The notes beneath the pieces are model-generated. The model did no database searches. It was given only the letters and a program-made list of their open reading frames with translations, and was not told the origin of the DNA. A stretch of 64,000 nucleotides of DNA from an uncultured Holophagales bacterium (GTDB lineage: Bacteria; Acidobacteriota; Thermoanaerobaculia; Multivoradales; UBA5704): assembly GCA_963842525.1 (NCBI GenBank), contig CAWJGT010000012.1:1-64000 (forward strand). The letters are read 5' to 3'. Positions 8,514-17,210 of this stretch are shown piece by piece. Every line of letters starts with the position of its first letter. Positions within the stretch are counted from its first letter, which is position 1. The position numbers and the translations under genes are program-made.

Positions 8514-10164
8514 GGTCCAGGGCTTCGCCGCTGCATCCGCGACCTGGTGGCCCTCTCGGCGCTGCCCGCGGTCTGGAGGCTCCTTTGACGCGCACGGCAT
8601 CGCCGAGCACCTGGCCGACGTCCTCCAGCGCACCCTGCACCTGGACCTGATCTTCATCCGGGTGGCGGGCTCGCCCGAAACGGCTCCGTTCGAGGTCGCC
8701 TACACCGGCCCCCGGCAGGCCACCCTCGAACAGGCACAAGACATCCGCAGTGCTCTGGCACCCTGGCTGGAGCCCGGACATTCCGGCCACCTCGTCGCCA
8801 TCCCCGATCCCTCGGCGGACGGGCCGCTGCAGACCGTCATCGTCCCGATCGGGATCGCGGGAGATTGCGGAGTCCTGGCCGTGGGCTCGCGGCGGCCGGA
8901 GTTCCCGGGCGAGACCGACCGCCTGCTGCTCGGCATCGCGGCCAACCAGGCGGCGATCGTGCTCCAGCGCAGGAGGGTGGAGGAGGAGCGCAACCGGAGG
9001 GTTGAGCAGTTGGCGGAGGCCGACCGTCGCAAGGACGAATTCCTGGCGATGCTGGCCCACGAGCTGCGCAATCCCCTGGCGCCGCTCAGCAACGCCCTGC
9101 AGATCCTGCGGATGACCGGCAGCAGCGAGCGGGTCCAAGAGATGATGGAGCGCCAGGTCCGGCACATGGTGCATCTCGTCGACGACCTGCTGGAGGTCTC
9201 CCGGATCACCCGCGGCAAGATCGATCTCCGCAAGGAGAGGATCGACCTCGCGGCCGTCGTGCAGAATGCGATCGAGACCAGCTCTCCGCTGATCGAGGCG
9301 TCGTGCCATGAGCTGACGGTCAATCTGTCCCCCGAGCCGCTGGTCCTCGACGCCGATCCCGTCCGTCTGGCCCAGGTGGTGGCAAACCTCCTCAACAACG
9401 CCGCCAAGTACACCGACCCCGGCGGCCGGATCTGGCTCACTGCCGAGCGCGACGGGATCGAGGCCGTCCTCCGCGTGCGGGACAGCGGCATCGGCATCCC
9501 CGCGGAGATGTTGCCCCGCATCTTCGAGATGTTCGCGCAGGCCGACCGCTCGCTCGGCCGCGCCCAGGGAGGGCTGGGGATCGGGCTGACCCTGGCCCGC
9601 AGCCTGGTCCAGATGCACGGCGGCACGATTCACGCCGATAGCGACGGCCCCGGGCAGGGCAGCGAGTTCGTCGTCCGCCTGCCGCTCGCTCCGGAGGTCC
9701 GTCCCAGCTCGGAGGAAGGACGGCGGGAGGACCGCTTGCACACCGCCGCGCCGGCCGCGCGCCGTATCCTGATCGTGGATGACAACCGGGACGCAGCCGA
9801 GAGCCTCGGCACGCTCCTGGAAATCCGCGGGAACGAAGTCCAGGTCGCCGGCGACGGCCCGTCCGCGCTCGCCGCGATCGGCGCCTGGCATCCGGCGGTG
9901 GTTCTGCTCGACATCGGCCTGCCGGGGATGGACGGCTACGAAGTCGCCCGCCGGGTGCGGGCGCAGCCTGGGCTGGAGGATACGGTGCTGATTGCCTTGA
10001 CGGGATGGGGGCAGGAGGACGACCGCCGCCGTTCGCGGGAGGCGGGTTTCGATCATCATCTGGTCAAGCCGGTGGACTTCCAGGTTCTCGAAGCTCTGCT
10101 CGCCGGAATCGCGGATTACGGCGCCAGCCGCGTCTCCCCCGTCTCGTCCGAATCCGGCATGTAG
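8491..10164 (+). CDS. Hybrid sensor histidine kinase (GAF-like - HisKA - HATPase - REC)
   Basis: FLAMLAHELRNPL, NLLNNAAKY, DSGIGI, GLGIGL, receiver ILIVDD..LLDIGLP..KP; apparent compensating frameshifts at about 8521-8578. Confidence 0.92.
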   Translation: MQPAKADEVQGFAAASATWWPSRRCPRSGGSFDAHGIAEHLADVLQRTLHLDLIFIRVAGSPETAPFEVAYTGPRQATLEQAQDIRSALAPWLEPGHSGHLVAIPDPSADGPLQTVIVPIGIAGDCGVLAVGSRRPEFPGETDRLLLGIAANQAAIVLQRRRVEEERNRRVEQLAEADRRKDEFLAMLAHELRNPLAPLSNALQILRMTGSSERVQEMMERQVRHMVHLVDDLLEVSRITRGKIDLRKERIDLAAVVQNAIETSSPLIEASCHELTVNLSPEPLVLDADPVRLAQVVANLLNNAAKYTDPGGRIWLTAERDGIEAVLRVRDSGIGIPAEMLPRIFEMFAQADRSLGRAQGGLGIGLTLARSLVQMHGGTIHADSDGPGQGSEFVVRLPLAPEVRPSSEEGRREDRLHTAAPAARRILIVDDNRDAAESLGTLLEIRGNEVQVAGDGPSALAAIGAWHPAVVLLDIGLPGMDGYEVARRVRAQPGLEDTVLIALTGWGQEDDRRRSREAGFDHHLVKPVDFQVLEALLAGIADYGASRVSPVSSESGM

Positions 10165-10354
10165 ATCCCTGCGCTCAGGATGACACGACAGGCCACGGAT
10201 CACCAGCCGGTCGATCGTGTTCGCTGGTAAAGACTTTCGCGCCACCCTCTACAGTAAGACAAGCATTGAGCCCTGATCGAGCACGAGAGCCTACCGCCCT
10301 GAAGCGCCCAGCGCGAGCTGACGCTGGGCTATGACACGCCGCGTCACATGCCCC

Positions 10355-11191
10355 TTACTTCAACGGTTGAACGGTGCCGTCGGCGATCGCCTGCTCGAGC
10401 AGGCGGAGCAGAGTTGCATCGAGCGTGCGGAGGCGATCGTCGCGCCGCGCATCGATCTGGCGCTGCACCATTTCGATCGCGTTTTCCTCGTGCTTGAGCT
10501 CCTTCTCTTCCAGGTAGAGCTCGTCCATCCGGCGGTCGAGCTCGTCGGCTTCTTTTTCTTTCCTGTCCTGGCGGGTTTCGACGTCCCGGAGCTGTGCGTC
10601 GATGTCGTCGATCTCCCGCCGCAGCATGCAGGCGACCTCTTCACTCTCGGTAAACGGCAACCGTATATCCAGATCGAACTTACGCCAGAACAGCGCGCTG
10701 TGCTCGTCGGAAAGGCGGCTCTCCTCGCTGGAGACCCGGTCTTGCTCCTGGCGGATCTCCTCCCGGCGCCGCGCGAGGTCTTTCTTTTCTTGCTCGAGGA
10801 GCGCGCCGCGGCCCTCGGCCAGCTCCTGCTCCTCGCGGACCAGGGGCTCGTTCCCTGTCGACCACAGCTCGTCGATCTGCCCCAGCAGGTCCGGGTTTTG
10901 AATGACGTACTCGCGGCCCTCATGGCGCATCCAGACGAAATCTCCGTCGAGCGAGTTGCGCAGGCTCTGGATCCGCGCCAGGTCTCCCAGGCGGCCGGAC
11001 ATCAGCATGTCGTCGTCCAGGCGCACGGCGAACGCCTCCGCGCGGCCGGGCTCGGGTGCGGCGGTGAAGCGCGCCCGGTCGAGCGCCGAGGCGGTCCATG
11101 GAAGAAGAAAAACCAGAGCGGCCAGCCCGAGCCGCCAGTGGAGGCGCGAGCGAGTCTGAGCAGCGTCGGTTTGGAAGCTTGGAGGTCTCAT
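10355..11191 (-). CDS. Secreted protein with a long coiled coil, function unknown
   Basis: Signal peptide ending in ASA; E/K/R-rich heptad region. Confidence 0.7.
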   Translation of the reverse strand: MRPPSFQTDAAQTRSRLHWRLGLAALVFLLPWTASALDRARFTAAPEPGRAEAFAVRLDDDMLMSGRLGDLARIQSLRNSLDGDFVWMRHEGREYVIQNPDLLGQIDELWSTGNEPLVREEQELAEGRGALLEQEKKDLARRREEIRQEQDRVSSEESRLSDEHSALFWRKFDLDIRLPFTESEEVACMLRREIDDIDAQLRDVETRQDRKEKEADELDRRMDELYLEEKELKHEENAIEMVQRQIDARRDDRLRTLDATLLRLLEQAIADGTVQPLK

Positions 11192-11256
11192 GCCTCTTCA
11201 GACACGCGAGCCCCCCACAAGATTACCTCGACCTTGCCTTGAACGCTCCGCATGCG

Positions 11257-11312
11257 TCCCCCCTCTCCCGGTTGGGGGGAGTGCGATGGGAGAGGGGGAC
11301 AGGGGGTGAGGA
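11257..11312. repeat. REP-like palindrome of the CCTCACCCCC..CCTCTCCC family
   Basis: Lies right after the phoR stop; same family as copies at 25591, 49669, 54723, 57030, 59874 and 61233. Confidence 0.75.
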
Positions 11313-13070
11313 TCAGACCGGCAGCCGCACGCGGAACGTCGTCCCCTTCCCCATCCGGCTTTCGACGTCGACCTGGCCGCCGTGGCCCTGGGCGACGTGC
11401 TTGACGATGGCGAGGCCGAGGCCGGTGCCGCCCTCTTCCCGCGCCCTGCCTTTGTCGACCCGATAGAAGCGCTCGAAGATGCGGGGGAGCGACTCGGCCG
11501 GGATGCCGATGCCGGTGTCGGTGACCTCCAGAAGGATCTCGCCGTCCTCTCTCCCGAGATGGACGTCGACCTGGCCTTCGGGGCGGTTGTACTTGATGGC
11601 GTTGTCGAGGAGGTTCAAGACGAGCCGCTCGAGGCCGTCGGCGTCGCCGCTGATCTGGGGTACGGGCTCGGTCCGGACCTCCAGATGGACCCGGCGATCG
11701 CGGGCCGCGGGTGTGAGGAGGTCGACCGCCCTGTGGACGACGGCGTGGAGGTCCACAGGCTCGCGCTCGACAGTATTGGAGACGGAGGAGACGGAAACGC
11801 TCTCCAGGCGGGACAGGGTCAGCAGGTCGTCGAGCAGCGCCTGGAGGCGCCGGCTCTGTTCGAGGATGCGCTCGGTGAAGCGGCGGGCGGTGGGCGGCTC
11901 GTCGAGCGCGCCGTCGCGCAAGGTCTCGGCGTAGCCGCGGATGGCCGCGAGCGGGGTCTTGAGCTCGTGCGAGACGTTGGCCACGAAATCCCGCCGCATG
12001 TCGGCCACCCGGGTGAGCTGGGTGGTGTCGCGGAAGACCACGACGGCGCCGCGCTCGCCGCCGGCCAGGGCTGCGCTGGCCAGGAGCAGGGTCCGCCGCT
12101 CGGGCGACTGCAGCTCGATCTGGCCGCCCTGGGACTCTCCCAGCCGCAGGGTGTCCTCGACGAGGCGCGCCAGCTCGGGGAGGCGCAGGAGCTCGAGGAC
12201 GGTGCGGCCGGCCACGTCGCCGCTCAGGTCGAAGAGCTCGTAGAAGGCCGGATTGGCGAGGCGGGCGCGGCGGTCGGCGCCAACTACGAGCACTCCCTCG
12301 CTCATGCTGGAGAGGATGGCCTTCAGATGGTCGCGCTCGTCGCGGACCGCCGCGAACTGCGCCTCGGCGGTCTCGGCCAGCCGGTTGAGCGCGAGGGCGA
12401 GGGCGGCGAGCTCCTCCTCTTCCGGCACGTCGACGCGCCGCACCCGGCCGCTCGCCAGCTCGCCGGCACCCCGGATCAGACCCGCGAGGGGTCCGAAGAG
12501 CCGGCGGTCGATCCACAGGGAGATGCCCAGGAGCACCGCGCTCGCGGCGAGCAGGGCGAGGCCCATGGCCGCCGCGATCTGGCCACGCAGGGCGCGGATC
12601 TCCGACAGGGGCTGCGCCAGGCGCACCACGAGGAGCCGACCCTGGTTGTCCGTCACCGTCCTGGCGGCATAGACGTAGGGATGGCCCGTGGTCTCGCTGT
12701 GGCGCACCACGGACCCCTGTCCGGTCTCCAGGGCAGACCGGATCTCAGGACGCGCGGCGTGGTTCTCCATGGCCACGAGTTGCTCGGGCGTGCGCTCGCT
12801 GTCGGCGATGACCGTGCCGTCGCTCTGCACGATCGTGATCCGCAGCGGGCTGTGGGACGCCACCTGGCGCACCCAGGCTTGGGCCTCCAGGCCTTCGTTG
12901 CGGGCGTCGAGGACCACCGGAGCGAGGATCTCGAGCATGTCGAGCAGCTCGGTCGAGGAGCTCTGCTCCAGTAACCCGGGGACGAGGAACCAGAGGAAAA
13001 CGGCGGCCACCAGCACCGCCGCCAGGGCGGGCCAGAGCGGCGCGAGACGCAGTTTGCGAGGGAAGCGCAA
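11313..13070 (-). CDS. phoR: Phosphate regulon sensor kinase
   Basis: ENHAARPEI periplasmic motif, HAMP, PAS, RRDFVANVSHELKTPL, ERFYRVDKGRAREEGGTGLGLAIVKH. Confidence 0.9.
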   Translation of the reverse strand: MRFPRKLRLAPLWPALAAVLVAAVFLWFLVPGLLEQSSSTELLDMLEILAPVVLDARNEGLEAQAWVRQVASHSPLRITIVQSDGTVIADSERTPEQLVAMENHAARPEIRSALETGQGSVVRHSETTGHPYVYAARTVTDNQGRLLVVRLAQPLSEIRALRGQIAAAMGLALLAASAVLLGISLWIDRRLFGPLAGLIRGAGELASGRVRRVDVPEEEELAALALALNRLAETAEAQFAAVRDERDHLKAILSSMSEGVLVVGADRRARLANPAFYELFDLSGDVAGRTVLELLRLPELARLVEDTLRLGESQGGQIELQSPERRTLLLASAALAGGERGAVVVFRDTTQLTRVADMRRDFVANVSHELKTPLAAIRGYAETLRDGALDEPPTARRFTERILEQSRRLQALLDDLLTLSRLESVSVSSVSNTVEREPVDLHAVVHRAVDLLTPAARDRRVHLEVRTEPVPQISGDADGLERLVLNLLDNAIKYNRPEGQVDVHLGREDGEILLEVTDTGIGIPAESLPRIFERFYRVDKGRAREEGGTGLGLAIVKHVAQGHGGQVDVESRMGKGTTFRVRLPV

Positions 13071-13080
13071 ATCGGGCCCG

Positions 13081-13764
13081 CTACGGTTTCAGGCGATATC
13101 CGACGCCGATCACGGTCTCGATGCGGTCGGCCTCGGGGCCCAGCTTGCGGCGCAGCCGCCGGATGTGGGTGTCGACCGTGCGGCTGTCGATATCCTCGGC
13201 ATAGCCCCAGACGTCGGAGAGGAGCTGACCGCGGGTCTGCACCCGGCCGGAGCGCTCCATGAGCAACCGCAAGAGCCGGAACTCGGTGGCGGTCAGGGGG
13301 ATCTCCTTGCCGCGGACGCGCATCTGGTGAGCGGCGACGTCGAGCTCGATCCCGCCGACGTCGAGGCGTTCGATCGGCCCCTCGTCGTGCTGCAGCCGCC
13401 GCAGCACCGCCTTGACCCGCAGGACCACCTCGCGCGGGCTGAACGGTTTGCTGATGTAGTCGTCCGCCCCCAGCTCCAGGCCGACGATGCGGTCGACCTC
13501 CTCGCCGCGGGCCGTGAGCATCACGATCGGCAGACGGGAGGTGGCGTTGTCCCTCTTCAGGATGCGGGTCAGCTCGAGACCGTCGATGCCCGGGAGCATG
13601 AGGTCGAGGAGGATCAGATCCGGCGCTTCCCGGCGGATTGCGTCCAGCCCCATGTCACCGCGGCGTGCCGTTTCCACCTGGAATCCCTCTTTTTCCAGGT
13701 TGTACTGTAACACCTCTGCAATGTCTGGTTCGTCTTCGATCAGCAGGATTCGTTCGCGTGTCAT
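13081..13764 (-). CDS. phoB: Phosphate regulon response regulator (OmpR/PhoB family)
   Basis: ILLIEDE..LDLMLPG..GADDYISKPF..RTVDTHIRRLR; directly upstream of phoR. Confidence 0.88.
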   Translation of the reverse strand: MTRERILLIEDEPDIAEVLQYNLEKEGFQVETARRGDMGLDAIRREAPDLILLDLMLPGIDGLELTRILKRDNATSRLPIVMLTARGEEVDRIVGLELGADDYISKPFSPREVVLRVKAVLRRLQHDEGPIERLDVGGIELDVAAHQMRVRGKEIPLTATEFRLLRLLMERSGRVQTRGQLLSDVWGYAEDIDSRTVDTHIRRLRRKLGPEADRIETVIGVGYRLKP

Positions 13765-13789
13765 CTTGGCACGAAAGGCTATCACGGAG

Positions 13790-14068
13790 TCTTCCACAGG
13801 TTGTGTGGAAAACCCTGTGGAAAAAGCCCCCGAAACGCTGTCCGGAAGGCCGTTCTACGGGCCTTTGTGCTCTTTGAACAAAAGCCTGTGCAACTCGCGC
13901 AAGCCCTTTGTTTCCAGCAATTACGTCCGCACGTTTCCTTTAGTGAAGAGAGGAGGGGGGAAGGCGTGAAGGGTTTTCCACAAAACGTCTTGTCACCACC
14001 CTGTGAGAGTCCTGTTAACTCTATGTGACAGCAGGGTTTAGCCCTGTCTATAGAAGTTCTTATACAGA
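13790..14068. promoter_or_regulatory. Cluster of DnaA boxes upstream of phoB
   Basis: TTTTCCACA matches at 13804-13812 (-), 13816-13824 (-) and 13974-13982 (+); one-mismatch boxes at 13790-13798 and 14060-14068. Confidence 0.6.
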
Positions 14069-14115
14069 AGCCTTTTGCCTGGAGTTCTTACAACAGTCGG
14101 AAGAGAGGCGTAGCT

Positions 14116-15726
14116 TCAAGCCGCCACCTCCAGGCCCTGGCGGAGGCGCAGCCGGCAGCCGAAGAGCTTCTCGAAGAAGCGTCCGCGCTCGCGGGCGGCT
14201 TCCAATTCGAGACTGACGTCATAGCGCGACATCACCTCCAAGGTGACGCGCCGCTTGCGCAGGGAGCCGTAGATCTCGTCGACACGCGAGGCGTGGGTGC
14301 GGTCGAGCGAGTCGGCGACGCGCAGCAGGGCCGCGAGCGCGCGGATGATGCGCTGTTGCCAGGGCTTGAGCGCAGACAGGGTGGGGTGGCGATCCGGCCG
14401 GGGCACGGGTCCGCGGTGGTAGCGGGCGACGTGGGCGATGATCTCGATCTCCCGCTGGTCGAAGGCATCCAGGTGGGCGTGGGTGATCAGGTAGTAGGCG
14501 TGCTTGTGGTGCCCCTTGTATTGGATCGAATAGCCGATGTCGTGCAGCAGGGCGGCGTATTCCAGCCACTCGCGCTCCCGCTCCCCCAGGCCGTGGATGG
14601 AGGCGGTGACGTCGAAGAGGCGGACGGCGAGACGGGCGCACTGGAGGCTGTGCCGGTAGACGCTCTCGGTGCGCTCGGCGAGCTGCAGCACCTGGCCCCT
14701 CCGCAGGTCCTCGGGCGCGCCGGCCTCGGGGACGGGCTGGCCGAGGGCCTCCAGCACGAGCCCTTCGCGGAGAGCCCGGTCGCTGACCTGAAAACGGTCC
14801 ACCCCGGCATGGCCGGCGAGCTCCTGGAGGAGGACCACGCCGGCGAGGAGGCTCTCCGACCGCGGCTCCCCCACCGGCGCCAGGTTGGCGATCTCGCGCC
14901 GCCGCATGCCGCGCAGGCGCTCGACGAGCGGTGCCAGATCCTTCAAGCGGACCTCCCGCGACCCGCCGGTCACCTCGCGCGGCCGGCGGTCGGCGAAGAG
15001 GTCGAGGAGGTCGGCCACGGCCGCGGCGGTGCCGGAGGTGCAGACCATGCGGTCGAATTTGGCCTGCGGCACGGACTCGGCGAGGCGCTTCTGGATCTGC
15101 CGCCGCAGCCGATCCAGGGAGGCGGTGCTCGGCGGATCGCCGCGCAGGCCCACTGCACAGCGCAGCGATCCCAAGGAGAGGCTCATCACGTGGTCGAGCT
15201 CGCCGGCCCGGGTGGTGATCCATTCCGTGCTGCCGCCGCCGACGTCCACGATCAGCGCGGTGCCCTGTCCCAGGTCCACGGCCTCACGCACGGCCCGGTA
15301 GATCAGCCGCCCCTCCTCGACGCCGGTCAGGAGCTGGACGTCCATGCCGGTCTGCGCCTTGACCCGGGCCAGGAAGTCCCGTCCGTTGCCGGCCTCGCGC
15401 ACGGCGCTGGTGGCCACGGACACGACCCGCTCGGCCCCCTTGAGCCGGGCGAGGGTGGTCATCTTGAACAGCGCCTCCAGGCCGTCGCGCATGGCCGCCT
15501 CGGAGAGGGCCCCGTCGCCGAAGCCCGTCTTGCCCAGGCGCACCATCTCCCGCTCGCGCCCCAGCACCCGGTAGCCGCCCTGGGGCTCGGGCGCGACCAC
15601 GATCATGTGGATCGAGTTCGAGCCTATGTCGATCGCCGCGAGGCGGGCCGGCGAGGCACCGGCCCCGGGCGTCTCGGGCTCGAAGGTGGGGAACGTCAGG
15701 GGCTGCACCACGACCGGAAGCGTCAC
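14116..15726 (-). CDS. ppx: Exopolyphosphatase Ppx/GppA family with a C-terminal HD domain
   Basis: IDIGSNS, VATSAVREA, EEG, DVGGGSTE, LREG, LLHDIG. Confidence 0.92.
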   Translation of the reverse strand: MTLPVVVQPLTFPTFEPETPGAGASPARLAAIDIGSNSIHMIVVAPEPQGGYRVLGREREMVRLGKTGFGDGALSEAAMRDGLEALFKMTTLARLKGAERVVSVATSAVREAGNGRDFLARVKAQTGMDVQLLTGVEEGRLIYRAVREAVDLGQGTALIVDVGGGSTEWITTRAGELDHVMSLSLGSLRCAVGLRGDPPSTASLDRLRRQIQKRLAESVPQAKFDRMVCTSGTAAAVADLLDLFADRRPREVTGGSREVRLKDLAPLVERLRGMRRREIANLAPVGEPRSESLLAGVVLLQELAGHAGVDRFQVSDRALREGLVLEALGQPVPEAGAPEDLRRGQVLQLAERTESVYRHSLQCARLAVRLFDVTASIHGLGEREREWLEYAALLHDIGYSIQYKGHHKHAYYLITHAHLDAFDQREIEIIAHVARYHRGPVPRPDRHPTLSALKPWQQRIIRALAALLRVADSLDRTHASRVDEIYGSLRKRRVTLEVMSRYDVSLELEAARERGRFFEKLFGCRLRLRQGLEVAA

Positions 15727-15908
15727 GCGGCCATTCTACGTCCGCTGGAAAGAAGGGCGGGCCGCGCCGGCGAGAAACCGCGCTCGCGGCAGCGGCGATA
15801 GACCTCCTTCGGCTCCGTGAAGCTCTCCGGCGCGCCGAGCCTGCGCAGGTACCACTCGCTCCGCTCGTTCGAGTGCTTGCTGTGGACGTGCAGGTCGGCC
15901 TTGGCCAT
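15723..15908 (-). pseudogene. Truncated N-terminus of a PHP-domain (glycosyltransferase-associated) protein
   Basis: MAKADLHVHSKHS..EW.LRRLGAPESFTEP.EVY..CRERG, then similarity ends before the expected V(T/S)xDHN motif. Confidence 0.7.
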
Positions 15909-16077
15909 GCGCCTCTCCCGAGGTTGCGCGGACGGACTCCCTGCTGTCCTTCCGACGGTTTTTCCAAGGGTAGGGGCGGTAAGCGATCGTAGAGTGGCGT
16001 GTAAGTGTCGATCGTGTAACGCTTTTTTGGCTCTGGAGCGGAACGGCTCCGGGCTGGCCCGGAGCCGTAGAGGCACT

Positions 16078-16404
16078 TCAGGGAGGGCAGGAGCCGATGG
16101 GCGGGCAGCTCGTCGTGACACCGTCGCAGACGACCGAACGCACCTTGACCTGGCAGCTCACCTCGCCCCAGCACTCGATCGTCACATAGCCGCCACCGCA
16201 AACGCATTCCTTGGACACGTAACACCCCGTTGCGGAAAACGCCTCGGGGGCCGCGGGCGCTTCGGGGGAGGGTGACGCCAACTCGGCGAGGAAGCTTTCC
16301 AGCGCCGGATCAGCCGGCGCCTTCACCGCTTCCGCCACCTCGGCAGCGTGCGCGGCAACGGCGGAGATACAGAGGAGCAGAACGACAAACAGCACTCTTT
16401 TCAT
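16078..16404 (-). CDS. Secreted Cys-rich peptide precursor (signal peptide + acidic pro-region + 8-Cys core)
   Basis: RBS AAGGAGG; signal peptide ending in AHA; core CYVSKECVC...C...C...VCDG..TSC....C. Confidence 0.8.
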   Translation of the reverse strand: MKRVLFVVLLLCISAVAAHAAEVAEAVKAPADPALESFLAELASPSPEAPAAPEAFSATGCYVSKECVCGGGYVTIECWGEVSCQVKVRSVVCDGVTTSCPPIGSCPP

Positions 16405-16585
16405 AGTTCCTCCTTGTTCCTTGTCGACCGAATAGACATGCCATCGTCTACTCGTCTGGGCTTGCAGCCCCTACTTCTTTACGGTGCGCTGCACGCTGGC
16501 GGCGGGACACCAGCCACCGCCGAGCGTGCAGGGAACTATTCCGCGGGCGAATGTGTCCAACTTCACAGGACTGGGAGATCGTGCT

Positions 16586-16939
16586 ATGAAACTGGCCCAA
16601 CGAACCGCCGTCGTCGTGATCACTCTGGCACTGGGCATCTATGGTGGTGGCTGTTCGAATACCCGGCAAGTCAGCCCCGTAAAGTTCGTGCGAAAGGCCC
16701 AGACTCCCGTCACGACCGTACATGACGTCAGCTTCGTCGGGGTACACCAGAACCGGGCCTATCTCAGCGAGTGGACGCTCTGGCCGGTGATCGGGCCAAG
16801 GAAGCGGCTGCTCTGGACCCCGGCCAGCCGTCTGTCTCCCGAGCTCCTTCGGGAGCTGGAGGCCACAAGGGTCCGCGAAGAGCTGGAGGCGAAGAAGTCC
16901 CGCGAAGCTCACGCAGCCGCGGCGAAACTGCGTCCGTAG
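16586..16939 (+). CDS. Putative lipoprotein
   Basis: MKLAQR + hydrophobic stretch + GGGC lipobox-like motif; GGAG upstream. Confidence 0.6.
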   Translation: MKLAQRTAVVVITLALGIYGGGCSNTRQVSPVKFVRKAQTPVTTVHDVSFVGVHQNRAYLSEWTLWPVIGPRKRLLWTPASRLSPELLRELEATRVREELEAKKSREAHAAAAKLRP

Positions 16940-17043
16940 AGACCTCAGCCTGCCGAATCGATATGCGGGCACCTTCGGGCATGGCCTGCACCGCGCTCTC
17001 CCAGCGCCAAGATGGCGGCCCAGTTAGTTCTAGAAAGAAACTT

Positions 17044-17101
17044 GCTGGGAGCACCGCCATCCTGGCGGCCAAGAAGCCGGCTGGAAGCCGGCGCTCCCAG
17101 C
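17044..17101. repeat. REP-like composite hairpin (GCTGGGAGC...GCTCCCAGC)
   Basis: Terminal inverted repeat enclosing CCGCCATCCTGGCGG and GCCGGCTGGAAGCCGGC hairpins. Confidence 0.65.
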
Positions 17102-17210
17102 GCCTAAGAGGGGCATCCGTTTCATTCTTCGGAGCCGCCACACGGCGGTGGGGAACTACTTTGTCAGACTGAGCCCGGCTTGCGACTGGCCCCGAAGGGG
17201 CAAAGGCGTA

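Noticed and set aside
15975-16022. Pho boxes upstream of the PHP stub and ppx
   Set aside because: The TTAC-like repeats are spaced 10, 12 and 15 bp, not a regular 11 bp; too weak to call.
16486-16535. Hairpin CTGCACGCT..GGCGG/CCGCC..AGCGTGCAG as an attC site
   Set aside because: There are no RYYYAAC/GTTRRRY ends; it is only a GC-rich hairpin.
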